A stretch of 64,000 bases of DNA from NCBI GenBank assembly GCA_035530655.1, contig DATKUK010000102.1:143199-207198 (forward strand), given 5' to 3'. Below the pieces are notes generated by a model, which was given only the letters and a program-made list of their open reading frames with translations, searched no databases and was not told the origin of the DNA. Position numbers and translations under genes: made by a program. Numbering within the stretch: position 1 is the first letter of the stretch; every line of letters starts with the position of its first letter. The stretch comes from Phycisphaerae bacterium. Its GTDB lineage: Bacteria; Planctomycetota; Phycisphaerae; UBA1845; DATKUK01. Shown piece by piece: positions 39,990-49,603 of the stretch.

Positions 39990-41340
39990 CATGGTACTTG
40001 CTCAGGGCAGCGATCCGGCCTCGGCGGTGATCATCGGCTTGGGGATCCTGCTGGTCATCATTGCCTTCGTCATACTCCTTTCGAAACTCATGGTGGTGGG
40101 CAACCCCAGCGAGTTGCTGGTCATCAGCGGCCGGCGGACCCACGAGGGACAGGGGTATCGCACGCTGATCGGCGGACGCACGCTGGTGATCCCCATCCTC
40201 GAGAAGGCCGCCACCGTCAGCCTGCGCAACATGCAGGTCGGTCTTGAAGTCAAGGCGCAGTCGGGCGGCGGCAAGATGGTACCCATCACCGTAACCGGCG
40301 TGGCCAACGTCAAGGTTTCCTCAGAGCCCGAGGTCCGCGGCAACGCCATCGAGCGTTTTCTCGGACAGCCTCAAGCTGAGCTTCAGCGCGTGGCGCGCGA
40401 GACGCTCGAGGGCGGTCTGCGTGCCGTCATCGGCAAGATGGTGCCCGAGGAGATCGTCGAGGATCGCGACAAGTTCGTGGCCACCGTGATGAAAGAGGTG
40501 ACCGACGACTTCTGCAAACTGGGCATGGTGATCGACAGTGTCAACATCCAGAACGTCCACGACGAAGAGGAGTACCTCGTATCGATCGCGCGCAAGGCGG
40601 CGGCGCTGGTCCGTGCCGACGCCCGCCAGTACGAGGCCCAGAGAAAGGCCGAGGCCGACGTCAAGGAGGCCGAAGCCGACGCCCAGGCCCGACGTGCCCG
40701 CGCCGAGCGCGATGCCGAGGCCAGATCGGCCGAAGCCGCCGGCCATCAGAAGGCCGAGCAGGCACGCCTGACGGCCGAAAAAGCAATTGCTGAAGCCGAC
40801 AATGACCTGCGCATCCGCAAAGCCGAGCTGGCGCAGCAGGCCGAACTGAAAGAGGCTGAAACTCAGGTCGCAGCCGCCAAGGCCGAGGAGGCACGTCTGC
40901 TGGCCACGCAGGTCAAGGCCGCTAACGCCGCACGCGACGTAGCCAAAGCCAAGGCCGAAGGTGATGCAGCCACCATCCTCGAAGAGGGCAAAGCCCGCGC
41001 CACCGCCATTGAGCAGATCGGCACGGCCATCGAAGACCACCCGGACGCACTGAAAGTCATACTTATCGAAATGATGCCCGATATCGTGCGCGAAATCACC
41101 AAGACCGTCGCCAACGTCGAGCTCGGCAGCATCACGGTGATCGACGGTGGAAAGGGCGAGGCTATGTCCGGCGCTGCGTTGGGACGGGCACGCATGCTCA
41201 CCGACTCGCTCGCGACGCTCAACAGTGTGCTTGGGGTCGATCTCCGCTCGCTTGCCCAGTCGATCGCCGCCAACATCACGGGCGACGGCCGAGTGGCCGG
41301 GGCGCCCGCGGCCAGTCCGGGCAAACCGACTGAAGCCTGA
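39982..41340 (+). CDS. floT: flotillin-like SPFH/band-7 protein
   Basis: It has an N-terminal membrane anchor, an SPFH domain, then a long Ala/Glu-rich coiled-coil region (EAEADAQARRARAERDAEAR). It is 452 aa. Confidence 0.85.
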   Translation: MDNMVLAQGSDPASAVIIGLGILLVIIAFVILLSKLMVVGNPSELLVISGRRTHEGQGYRTLIGGRTLVIPILEKAATVSLRNMQVGLEVKAQSGGGKMVPITVTGVANVKVSSEPEVRGNAIERFLGQPQAELQRVARETLEGGLRAVIGKMVPEEIVEDRDKFVATVMKEVTDDFCKLGMVIDSVNIQNVHDEEEYLVSIARKAAALVRADARQYEAQRKAEADVKEAEADAQARRARAERDAEARSAEAAGHQKAEQARLTAEKAIAEADNDLRIRKAELAQQAELKEAETQVAAAKAEEARLLATQVKAANAARDVAKAKAEGDAATILEEGKARATAIEQIGTAIEDHPDALKVILIEMMPDIVREITKTVANVELGSITVIDGGKGEAMSGAALGRARMLTDSLATLNSVLGVDLRSLAQSIAANITGDGRVAGAPAASPGKPTEA

Positions 41341-41401
41341 TGTTTGCCCTCTTGCTACGCCGTCCGCAGCATATTCTGCTGCCCGCCAGGAGATTTTGTC
41401 C

Positions 41402-42895
41402 GTGGCGTTAAGCGACCGACAGCGACTACAGCACCTTGTCCGAGCCAATCACCCATGCATCGCGATCACCACGCACGAGGAGGACTATGCGCTTCCCCTG
41501 GTGGTAGAGGTGGCTGCGGAACTGGGCGAGCCGTTGCAGGTCTGGAGCGTGGTGGGCGGTCTTCACGACGGAATGGTGGCTGACAGTCCCGCCCTGCCGG
41601 AAACGGAGCATCCGGCTGCGGCTCTCTACAAACTGGCGCGGGAGCCGGCGGCCCGGCTCTGTGCCATGCTCGATCTGGCCGGGCACCTGAACGACCAGCG
41701 GACCCTCCGCCTGCTGCGCGATGCGATACACCACTTCCGCCGTGTAGGCGCCACGGTCGTGCTGATCGATCATCTCGAGCGATTGCCGCCCGTGATCGCC
41801 GCCGAAGCGACCCGCTTCGAGATCTCGCTGCCCGACGAGAAGGAGCTGGAATCGATCACCCGCGCGGCCCTCAGCCAAGTGCATCGGCGTTACCCGATCA
41901 GGATCGACCTGACCCGCAGCGAGCTGCGCACCATCATCCGGAATCTTCAGGGCCTCACACGCCGGCAGGCCAAACAGATCATCATCGACGCGGTTATGGA
42001 GGATCGACGTTTTGCCGCCAAGGATATCAACGCCGTGCTGGCCCTGAAGCGCCAGACGGTCCACACAGGCGGTCTGCTCGAGTATGTCGAAACACCGGTC
42101 GACCTGACTGAGATCGGCGGGTTGCGCAATCTCAAGGCGTGGCTGAAAAAGCGCGAGCGTGCGTTAACCGAAAAAGGCGAAGCCTTTGGGCTGCGCGCCC
42201 CGCGAGGCGTGCTCATGGTCGGCGTGCAGGGCGCGGGCAAGAGCCTGTGCGCCAAAGCCATTGCCGCCGCCTGGCAGCGCCCCCTGCTGCGAATGGATCC
42301 GGGCGCCTTGTATGACCGGTACGTGGGTGAATCGGAACGGCGCTTGCGCGAGGCGCTTCGCCAGGCGGAGATGATGGCTCCGATCGTCCTGTGGATTGAC
42401 GAGATCGAAAAGGCCTTCGCCTCCGCCGCGAGCCGAAGCACCGACGGGGGCCTTTCGCAGCGCATGTTCGGCACGCTGCTCACCTGGATGCAGGAGCATC
42501 AGTCGGGCGTGTTCCTGGTGGCGACGGCCAACGAGATCGACGCCCTCCCGCCTGAGTTGCTCCGCAAAGGCCGCTTCGACGAAATCTTCTTCGTCGATCT
42601 GCCCGACAAGCAAACGCGGAAGGAAATATTCGCCATTCACCTGGCCAAGCGGAAACGCGACCCGGGCAGCTTCGATCTCGACGCCCTGGCTGACGTCGCC
42701 GAAGGGTACAGCGGCGCGGAAATCGAGCAGGCCGTCCTCTCGGCGTTGCATGACGCTTTCGACGAGGGCGCGGAACTCGACACGCAGCGAGTCGCTGCCG
42801 CCGTGAAGGGCTCGCCCCCTCTGTTGGTGACGATGGCCGAGCGAATCGATGCGCTGCACCGGTGGGCCGACGGGCGCTGCGTATCGGCCGGATAG
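41402..42895 (+). CDS. AAA-family ATPase (classic AAA core, C-terminal)
   Basis: Walker A is GVQGAGKSL. Walker B is [12 protein letters not shown]. The SRH-like region is [14 protein letters not shown]. The start is GTG 41402 (or TTG 41396), the first in-frame start after the flotillin stop at 41340. Confidence 0.78.
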   Translation: MALSDRQRLQHLVRANHPCIAITTHEEDYALPLVVEVAAELGEPLQVWSVVGGLHDGMVADSPALPETEHPAAALYKLAREPAARLCAMLDLAGHLNDQRTLRLLRDAIHHFRRVGATVVLIDHLERLPPVIAAEATRFEISLPDEKELESITRAALSQVHRRYPIRIDLTRSELRTIIRNLQGLTRRQAKQIIIDAVMEDRRFAAKDINAVLALKRQTVHTGGLLEYVETPVDLTEIGGLRNLKAWLKKRERALTEKGEAFGLRAPRGVLMVGVQGAGKSLCAKAIAAAWQRPLLRMDPGALYDRYVGESERRLREALRQAEMMAPIVLWIDEIEKAFASAASRSTDGGLSQRMFGTLLTWMQEHQSGVFLVATANEIDALPPELLRKGRFDEIFFVDLPDKQTRKEIFAIHLAKRKRDPGSFDLDALADVAEGYSGAEIEQAVLSALHDAFDEGAELDTQRVAAAVKGSPPLLVTMAERIDALHRWADGRCVSAG

Positions 42896-42941
42896 CTGCG
42901 ATGCCTGCGGCCCCGGTGGGCCGACGGCCCGGCCGCCGGTC

Positions 42942-42972
42942 TTGACCTTCCCTCACTCAGGTCGTATATAAC
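42942..42972 (+). promoter_or_regulatory. candidate sigma70 promoter TTGACC-17nt-TATATA upstream of pheA
   Basis: The -35 is TTGACC at 42942-42947. The -10 is TATATA at 42965-42970. It is preceded by a GC-rich hairpin (GGGCCG-A-CGGCCC). Confidence 0.45.
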
Positions 42973-43030
42973 GCGGTTCGTGCAATCATGTTCTGCCGGA
43001 ATCGGTGCCCCCCAGGAAAGGGCCATCTGA

Positions 43031-44101
43031 ATGGACCTCGACGAACTCCGCCGCCAGATTGACCAGCTCGACACCCAGCTTGTCAAGCTGCTGAACCGCC
43101 GCGCCGAGGTGGTGGTCCAGGTCGGCCAGCTCAAGGCGGCCAACGGCACGCCTATCTATGCGCCCGACCGTGAAAAGCAGGTGGTTGACCGTATCGTCGA
43201 GCTCAATCAGGGTCCGCTTTTGGGCAAGACGCTGGTAGCGATCTGGCGCGAGATGATGAGCGGCTCGTTCGCTCTGGAAAAGCCGCTGCGTATCGCCTAC
43301 CTGGGCCCTGAAGGCACCAACTCGCACCTGGTCGCCACGGAGAAGTTCGGGGCCAGTGTCGAGTACGAGCCGGTCAGCATGATCGCCGGCGTATTCGACG
43401 AGGTCGCCCGCGAGCACGCCGACTTCGGCATGGTGCCCATCGAGAACAGCACCGGCGGCGGCGTGATCGATACCCTCGACGCGTTTGTCGAAACCGACGT
43501 CAAAATCTACGCGGAGATCAACCGCGTGATCCATCACCATCTGCTGGCCAACTGCCCACTCGAACGGGTCGAGCGAGTCTACTCCAAGCCGGAGGTGTTC
43601 GCTCAGTGCCAGCGATGGCTGGTCAGCGTGGGCCTGGCCGACAAGACCATTCCCGTCGCCAGCACCGCCAAGGCCGCCGAACTCGCCCGCACCGAGAGCT
43701 GGACGGCGGCGATCGGCAGCACGCTCGCCGCGGAACTGAACAACCTCAAAGTCATATGCAGCAACGTCGAGGACAATCCCAACAACATCACACGCTTCTT
43801 TGTCGTCGCGAGGCAATGGGCCAAACGAGTCGGAGACGACAAAACGGCGCTGATGTTCACCACCGCTCACCGGGCCGGCGCGCTCGCCCACGTGCTCGAT
43901 GTGTTCAAAACCGAGGGGATCAACCTTACGTTCATTACCTCGCGCCCGAGCAAGAAGCGCAATTGGGAGTATTACTTCTTCGTCGATGCCGAGGGCCACA
44001 TCGACGACGAGAATCTCACCCGCGCAGTCGAGCGCTGCAAGGAGCACTGCCTGGAACTGCACGTGTTGGGTTCGTTCCCTCGTGCCCCCGAGTCCACGTA
44101 G
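43031..44101 (+). CDS. pheA: bifunctional chorismate mutase/prephenate dehydratase (P-protein)
   Basis: The N-terminal chorismate mutase helix is LRRQIDQLDTQLVKLLNRRAEVV. The prephenate dehydratase domain is IAYLGPEGTNSHLVA...TRF. The C-terminal domain is ACT. Confidence 0.9.
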   Translation: MDLDELRRQIDQLDTQLVKLLNRRAEVVVQVGQLKAANGTPIYAPDREKQVVDRIVELNQGPLLGKTLVAIWREMMSGSFALEKPLRIAYLGPEGTNSHLVATEKFGASVEYEPVSMIAGVFDEVAREHADFGMVPIENSTGGGVIDTLDAFVETDVKIYAEINRVIHHHLLANCPLERVERVYSKPEVFAQCQRWLVSVGLADKTIPVASTAKAAELARTESWTAAIGSTLAAELNNLKVICSNVEDNPNNITRFFVVARQWAKRVGDDKTALMFTTAHRAGALAHVLDVFKTEGINLTFITSRPSKKRNWEYYFFVDAEGHIDDENLTRAVERCKEHCLELHVLGSFPRAPEST

Positions 44102-44134
44102 CCACGCGACAGAGCGTTCCGCACAGGTATCACC

Positions 44135-45151
44135 ATGATCGTTATCCTGAAATCCGGCGCCAGCGAAGAGGTCGTTCAACATGTCGCTGAGCGCATCACC
44201 CAGCTTGGTCTGACCCCTCACATCTCTCGCGGTGAGTTCCGCACCATCATCGGCGCCATCGGCGAGGAAGGCGTTGCCCTGCCCGAGCAGCTCGAGCAGA
44301 TCGCCGGCGTCGAGAAGGTCATGCCGATCATGCGGCCTTACAAGCTGGCCAGCCGCGAGTTCCATCCCGACGACACCGCGCTGGAGATTCGCGGCGTGAA
44401 GATCGGCGGCGACTACTGCGCCGTAATCGCCGGCCCGTGCTCGGTCGAGAACCGCGAGCTGCTGCTCAACGTCGCGCGACAGGTCAAGGCCGCCGGCGCC
44501 TCGATCCTTCGCGGCGGGGCCTTCAAGCCGCGGACCAGCCCCTACAGCTTTCAGGGGTTGGGCAAAGAGGGGCTGGAGTACCTGGCGCAGGCCCGTGCAG
44601 AACTCGACATGCCCGTCATCACTGAGGTTATGGACCCGCGCGACGTCGAGCTCATGACCGACTACACCGACATCTACCAGATCGGTGCCCGCAACATGCA
44701 GAACTACAACCTTCTGCTCGAGGTCGGCCAGACCAACAAGCCGGTCTTCCTCAAGCGAGGCATGGCCGCCCCGATCAACGAGTTGCTCATGTCGGCTGAG
44801 TACGTCATGAGCCGCGGCAACCATCAGGTCATCCTCTGTGAGCGAGGCATCCGCACCTTCGAGACGCAGACGCGATTTACGCTGGATATCTCCGCCGTTC
44901 CCGTGATTCGAGCAAACAGCCACCTGCCGATCTTCGTCGATCCGTCGCACGCGGCCGGCAAGCGCGAACTCGTGGCCGACTTGGCCCTGGCGGGTATGGC
45001 CGCTGGGGCCCATGGCGTCATGGTCGAGGTGCACACCGATCCGGAGCAGGCCCTGTCGGACGGCCCCCAATCCATGTTGCCCAGCGGTTTTCGGCGGCTG
45101 ATGGAGCGGCTTCGCCAGGTCGCCGAAGTCTTGGGTCGCCGCCTCAACTAG
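44135..45151 (+). CDS. 3-deoxy-7-phosphoheptulonate (DAHP) synthase, type I-beta with an N-terminal ferredoxin-like regulatory domain
   Basis: It reads [29 protein letters not shown] and [11 protein letters not shown]. Its adjacency to pheA supports DAHP synthase rather than KDO8P synthase. Confidence 0.88.
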   Translation: MIVILKSGASEEVVQHVAERITQLGLTPHISRGEFRTIIGAIGEEGVALPEQLEQIAGVEKVMPIMRPYKLASREFHPDDTALEIRGVKIGGDYCAVIAGPCSVENRELLLNVARQVKAAGASILRGGAFKPRTSPYSFQGLGKEGLEYLAQARAELDMPVITEVMDPRDVELMTDYTDIYQIGARNMQNYNLLLEVGQTNKPVFLKRGMAAPINELLMSAEYVMSRGNHQVILCERGIRTFETQTRFTLDISAVPVIRANSHLPIFVDPSHAAGKRELVADLALAGMAAGAHGVMVEVHTDPEQALSDGPQSMLPSGFRRLMERLRQVAEVLGRRLN

Positions 45152-45241
45152 CTCCTGTGGCGATTTCGGCATTGACTGCCCCCGCGGGCTGGACTACACT
45201 AAGGGTTTCATGAGAGCGAGCGAATGCGAGGATAAGTGCTG

Positions 45242-46048
45242 ATGCGACGACCGTTTGTGGCCGGCAACTGGAAGATGAACCTTACCCTTGCCTCCTCCGC
45301 CAAGCTGGTGGATGAGCTGATCGGGCATCCCGAAGCGTGTTGCCCGGGCGGCTCGGGCAACACCGAGCTTGCGGTCCAGGTGGCGGTGTGCCCCCCCTAC
45401 CCCTACCTGCTGGCGCTGAAAGACAGGCTGAACGGATCGTTCGTCGGGCTCGGGGCCCAGAACATGTACTGTGAGCCGTCCGGCGCGTTCACCGGCGAGG
45501 TATCGGCCGAGATGCTCAAGGATGTGGGGTGCCGGTACGTCATCATCGGCCACAGCGAGCGCCGGCACAGCATCGGGCGCGGCGAGCCGGATTCGCTGCT
45601 CAACGCCAAGCTCAAGGCGGCCCTGGCGGCGGGCCTCGAACCCATTTTCTGCATCGGCGAGAAGATCGAACAGCGAGATGGCGGCCAGACCGAGAATGTG
45701 CTCGAGCAGCAAATCCGTGCCGGCCTGGAGGGCATCGACGGCGACGGCGCGGCCAGGCTCGTCATCGCCTACGAGCCCGTCTGGGCCATCGGCACCGGAA
45801 GAAACGCCACGGCCGATCAGGCCCAGGAGGCGCACAAGTTTACGCGTGCCCTGCTCGGTGAGTTGTATGGCGAGCAGGTCGCTTCTGTCATTCCGATCCA
45901 ATACGGTGGCAGCGTCAAACCTGAAAACGTCGGGGAGTTGATGGTCCAGCCCGACGTGGATGGGGCCCTGGTCGGCGGCGCGAGCCTGAAGGCCGACTCG
46001 TTCGCCGCGATCGTGGCAGCCACCGCGCGAGCCAAGAAGCTCGCCTGA
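45242..46048 (+). CDS. tpiA: triosephosphate isomerase
   Basis: It reads MRRPFVAGNWKMN and IGHSERR, with the active-site Glu region AYEPVWAIGTG. The longest ORF starts at GTG 45236. Confidence 0.92.
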   Translation: MRRPFVAGNWKMNLTLASSAKLVDELIGHPEACCPGGSGNTELAVQVAVCPPYPYLLALKDRLNGSFVGLGAQNMYCEPSGAFTGEVSAEMLKDVGCRYVIIGHSERRHSIGRGEPDSLLNAKLKAALAAGLEPIFCIGEKIEQRDGGQTENVLEQQIRAGLEGIDGDGAARLVIAYEPVWAIGTGRNATADQAQEAHKFTRALLGELYGEQVASVIPIQYGGSVKPENVGELMVQPDVDGALVGGASLKADSFAAIVAATARAKKLA

Positions 46049-46078
46049 CAGGCCGCCTAGCAGCCCGAGGGTCATCCG

Positions 46079-46468
46079 ATGAATGCATTCGTTCTGGCGT
46101 CTTTCTGGCAGGGGTTGGCGGGTGTGTCGTTCATCATCATCTGCCTGCTGCTGCTGTTTGTGGTGCTCATTCAGAAAGGTCGCGGCGGCGGCTTAAGCGG
46201 CGCCTTCGGCGGAGCCGGGGGACACAGCGCGTTCGGGGCCAAGACCGGTGACGTCTTCACGTGGATCACTGTCGTGCTGGCGGGGCTGTTCATCCTGGTC
46301 TCGACGGGCCTGAATTTTGTATTCCTCCCGCAACGGTCGGAGCTGCCGACCACGCCTCCGGGCGTCGAGTCGGCCGAGCCCAACCAGGTCCAAGCCCCGT
46401 CTGCACCGGTATCGGCCGGCCAAAACGCGCCGACCGAACTGCCCGCGCCGTCACCCGTCACCGAGTAG
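46079..46468 (+). CDS. secG: preprotein translocase subunit SecG
   Basis: It has an N-terminal TM helix, LIQKGRGGGLSGAFGG and a second TM helix. The tpiA-secG linkage is conserved. Confidence 0.8.
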   Translation: MNAFVLASFWQGLAGVSFIIICLLLLFVVLIQKGRGGGLSGAFGGAGGHSAFGAKTGDVFTWITVVLAGLFILVSTGLNFVFLPQRSELPTTPPGVESAEPNQVQAPSAPVSAGQNAPTELPAPSPVTE

Positions 46469-46505
46469 CTCGGAAGACGAATGCGCAGCCTGGAGGTCCA
46501 GCCCC

Positions 46506-47387
46506 GTGATACAATCCATGACCGGTTTCGGCGAAGCCCAGCACCACGAGCCGGGGCTGACCTACACGCTGGAGATTCGCAGCCTCAATAACCGATACTT
46601 CAAGCCGGCTATCAAACTGCCTGAACCCCTGCAATTCCTCGAAGCCAATGTTGAAAAACTGCTCCGCAGCCGGCTTGGACGCGGCAGCGTGACCTACACC
46701 CTTCGCCTTCGTAGCGAGACGGTGGAGGCCGCACACGACATCAACACGGCCGCCCTCCAGTGGTACCTCGACCGTCTCCGTCAGGTCCAGCCGGCTGCAA
46801 GTCCGGTTTCGATCGACATGGCCACCATCCTCATGCTCCCCGGCGTCTGCCAGCCCAGGCAGATCGACGACGAGGCTCGCGATGCCCAGTGGCAGGTCGT
46901 TCAGCAGCTCACCGAGCAAGCGCTCGACCGCCTGCTGGCCATGCGGCGCGAGGAAGGACAGGCCCTCCGTCTCGACCTTCTGACTCAGTGTCAGGCCATC
47001 CGCGATCACCTCGATGTCGTCGCTCGCCGGGCTCCCAGCGTGATTCAGGAATACCATCAGCGCCTCGTCCGGCGCGTTCAGGAGCTTACCGCCGGGGCCA
47101 CGCTGGAGCTGAGCAAAGACGATCTGGCCCGCGAGGTGGCTGTCTTCGCCGAGCGATCCGACGTCAATGAGGAGTTGGCTCGGCTGGCGAGCCATCTGGA
47201 CCAGTTCGTGCAGCTCTGCGACAGTAAGGAGCACGCCGGCAGGAAATTCGATTTCATTGCTCAGGAAATGTTGCGCGAGGCCAATACCATCGGCAGCAAG
47301 GGCAACGACGGAGAGATCGCCCGCGAGATCGTCGAAGTAAAAAGTCGTATTGATCGGCTCAAGGAACAGGTTCAGAACGTTGAGTAA
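46506..47387 (+). CDS. yicC: YicC-family stress-induced protein
   Basis: (V/M)IQSMTGFGEA matches the YicC N-terminus MIRSMTGFA. The alternative start is ATG 46518. Confidence 0.8.
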   Translation: MIQSMTGFGEAQHHEPGLTYTLEIRSLNNRYFKPAIKLPEPLQFLEANVEKLLRSRLGRGSVTYTLRLRSETVEAAHDINTAALQWYLDRLRQVQPAASPVSIDMATILMLPGVCQPRQIDDEARDAQWQVVQQLTEQALDRLLAMRREEGQALRLDLLTQCQAIRDHLDVVARRAPSVIQEYHQRLVRRVQELTAGATLELSKDDLAREVAVFAERSDVNEELARLASHLDQFVQLCDSKEHAGRKFDFIAQEMLREANTIGSKGNDGEIAREIVEVKSRIDRLKEQVQNVE

Positions 47388-48018
47388 ACCCGAAGCCGAA
47401 ACGCCAGTCGATTCCGCCGGGCGAGGCACCCTGGTGGTCGTCTCCGGCCCCAGTGGGGTGGGCAAGAGCACCATCGTCCAGCGCCTGAAGGAGCGACTCA
47501 ACGCTCAACTCAGCGTCTCGGCTACCACGCGCCCACCCGGCCCCACGGAGAGCGACGGTCGCGACTACTATTTCCTCGACCGCCGCCAGTTCGAGCAGAA
47601 ACGGCAAGCCGGCGAGTTGCTCGAACACGCCGAGTATCTTGGGCACCTCTATGGCACGCCGGCCGAACCTGTCCGAGCCGCCCTGGGCGACGGCAAAATC
47701 GTCTTGCTGGAGATCGAAGTCCAAGGCGGGTTGCAGGTGGCCGCCATGATGCCCGACGCCGTGATGATCTATATCCTGCCGCCGCCGCGCTCGAAGGCGC
47801 TTGGCGAACGGCTCCAGGGCCGCGGTCGCGATCGGGAGGAGACGATCCGCCAAAGACTGGCCCATGCCGACGAGGAAATACGTTTGGCCCGACAGAGCGG
47901 TAAATACCGCTACTTCGTGGTCAACGACGTTTTGGACGATGCCGTCCAGCAGATTGTGCAAATCATCCAGGACCATCGCCGCGAGACCGCACGTTGCGGC
48001 CCGCTTGCGACAGGGTAG
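47380..48018 (+). CDS. gmk: guanylate kinase
   Basis: The P-loop is VVSGPSGVGKST and SATTRPPRPGE-like. It has a TTG start that overlaps the yicC stop. Confidence 0.88.
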   Translation: MSKPEAETPVDSAGRGTLVVVSGPSGVGKSTIVQRLKERLNAQLSVSATTRPPGPTESDGRDYYFLDRRQFEQKRQAGELLEHAEYLGHLYGTPAEPVRAALGDGKIVLLEIEVQGGLQVAAMMPDAVMIYILPPPRSKALGERLQGRGRDREETIRQRLAHADEEIRLARQSGKYRYFVVNDVLDDAVQQIVQIIQDHRRETARCGPLATG

Positions 48019-48036
48019 TGCAGGAGGCAGTCATTC

Positions 48037-48264
48037 ATGATTGAGGCACTCAAGAGCGACGAGGTGGTCAACAAGGTGGGCGGACGTTTCAAGCTGACCG
48101 CCATGATCCAGAAGCGCTGGCTTGAACTGATGCAGGGCGCACGCCCCACCGTTGATCCTGAAGGCAGGACCACCATGGAGGTCATTGTCGAAGAGATCCT
48201 GCAGGGCAACATCGTTATTGACTACGAGAACAGCGATATTGCCCCGCCAGATGAAGTCAACTGA
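48037..48264 (+). CDS. rpoZ: DNA-directed RNA polymerase subunit omega
   Basis: It is a 75-aa protein. VVNKVGGRFKLTAMIQKRWLEL resembles the RpoZ core (GNRFxLvxxAaxRArql). The gmk-rpoZ synteny is conserved. Confidence 0.6.
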   Translation: MIEALKSDEVVNKVGGRFKLTAMIQKRWLELMQGARPTVDPEGRTTMEVIVEEILQGNIVIDYENSDIAPPDEVN

Positions 48265-48880
48265 GTCGACGGCCGCCGGCGAGCTGGAAGGCTACGAGTT
48301 GATCCTCGCAGTGTGCGGCGGCATTGCGGCCTACAAGCTCTGCCAGGTCACATCCACACTGGTGCAGCGGGGTTGCGGCGTCACGGTGGCCATGACTGAA
48401 GCCGCCACCCGCTTCCTGGGACCAGCCACCTTCCAGTCGCTGACGGGCAGGCAGGTTTTCACCACGCTTTGGGACGCGCAGAACTACTACGACCCCCAGC
48501 ACCTCAAGCTCAGCAGCCGCGCCGACCTGCTGCTTGTCGCGCCGGCCACAGCCAACATCATCGGCAAAGCGGCTTGCGGCATCGCCGACGAGTTGGTCAG
48601 CACAATGATCATGGCCGCCGACTGCCCGGTGGTCTTTGCCCCCGCGATGAACCAGCGGATGTGGCGTAACCCCGTCGTCGAACGTAACGTCCGTATGCTC
48701 AAGGACTTGGGCTATTCTTTTATCGAACCCACGTCGGGATGGCTGGCCTGCGGCGAGGTGGGACCGGGGCGTCTGGCCGACGTGGATACGATCGTCGCCT
48801 TCGTCGCCGACAGACTTAGGGCGGGGCAGCGCCCAAGTCCGCCGGATGACGCACCCGCCGCCAAGGAAGACGGTCCGTGA
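48251..48880 (+). CDS. coaC: phosphopantothenoylcysteine decarboxylase (flavoprotein), stand-alone
   Basis: It reads [12 protein letters not shown]...[24 protein letters not shown] 48251 overlaps the rpoZ 3' end by 14 nt. Confidence 0.8.
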   Translation: MKSTESTAAGELEGYELILAVCGGIAAYKLCQVTSTLVQRGCGVTVAMTEAATRFLGPATFQSLTGRQVFTTLWDAQNYYDPQHLKLSSRADLLLVAPATANIIGKAACGIADELVSTMIMAADCPVVFAPAMNQRMWRNPVVERNVRMLKDLGYSFIEPTSGWLACGEVGPGRLADVDTIVAFVADRLRAGQRPSPPDDAPAAKEDGP

Positions 48881-49515
48881 GGACTCTCGTAACCGCCGGC
48901 CCCACCCGCGAGCACTTCGACAGCGTCCGCTTTATATCCAATCCGTCCAGCGGCAAGATGGGCTTCGCTGTGGCCGCCGCCGCCGCGGATCGAGGTCACA
49001 CCGTGACCCTGGTCGCCGGTCCGGTTGAGTTGCCCGACCCCAGCGGCGTCCGAACCATTCACGTGGTGTCCAGCGCTGAGATGGCCCGCGCGTGCAAGGC
49101 CTGCTTCAAATCGTGCGACGTTGTGATCATGACCGCTGCCGTGTGTGACTACCGCCCCGCCAAGCCGGCCCGCCACAAGCTGGCCAAGAGTCACGAAGCG
49201 CGAGCGATCACGCTTGTACCCACCGAGGATATCCTCGCCTCGTTGGGCCGCATGAAAACCCGCAGCGAGATCCTGATAGGATTCGCCATGGAGGATCGTC
49301 AGCCCCGACGAAAGGCGCGTGCCAAGCTCGAGCGCAAGAACCTCGACGCGATCTTCCTGAACGGACCCGCGAACATCGGCTCGGATCAGGCCGAAGTGCA
49401 ACTGCTCGTGCGAGGCGGACGATGGCAGCCCTGGCCTCGCGCCAGCAAGAGGCGGGTGGCCGACAGAATCGTGCGACTCGCCGAGCGACTTCACGCCCGC
49501 GCCGTTGACAAGTAA
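48877..49515 (+). CDS. coaB: phosphopantothenate--cysteine ligase, stand-alone
   Basis: It reads [26 protein letters not shown]. Its start overlaps the coaC stop (ATGA-type overlap). Confidence 0.8.
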   Translation: MRTLVTAGPTREHFDSVRFISNPSSGKMGFAVAAAAADRGHTVTLVAGPVELPDPSGVRTIHVVSSAEMARACKACFKSCDVVIMTAAVCDYRPAKPARHKLAKSHEARAITLVPTEDILASLGRMKTRSEILIGFAMEDRQPRRKARAKLERKNLDAIFLNGPANIGSDQAEVQLLVRGGRWQPWPRASKRRVADRIVRLAERLHARAVDK

Positions 49516-49603
49516 GCTTCTCAGTCATACCGTAGTCACCCAGTAGATGGCGCGATCGCGACAGCCTCGTTTGTCGCTGCCTTTCCTTGCATAAAGTACC
49601 GTT

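Noticed and set aside
42986-45172. A 728-aa minus-strand ORF spanning pheA and the DAHP synthase gene in antisense.
   Set aside because: Both sense genes carry diagnostic motifs and sit behind a good promoter. The antisense ORF is an artifact of GC-rich codon bias.
46458-47501. A 347-aa minus-strand ORF antisense to yicC, and a 450-aa minus-strand ORF at 51913-53265 antisense to the hypothetical gene.
   Set aside because: They have no motifs and a typical antisense composition. The sense genes are better supported by synteny (yicC-gmk) or by a Shine-Dalgarno-preceded start.
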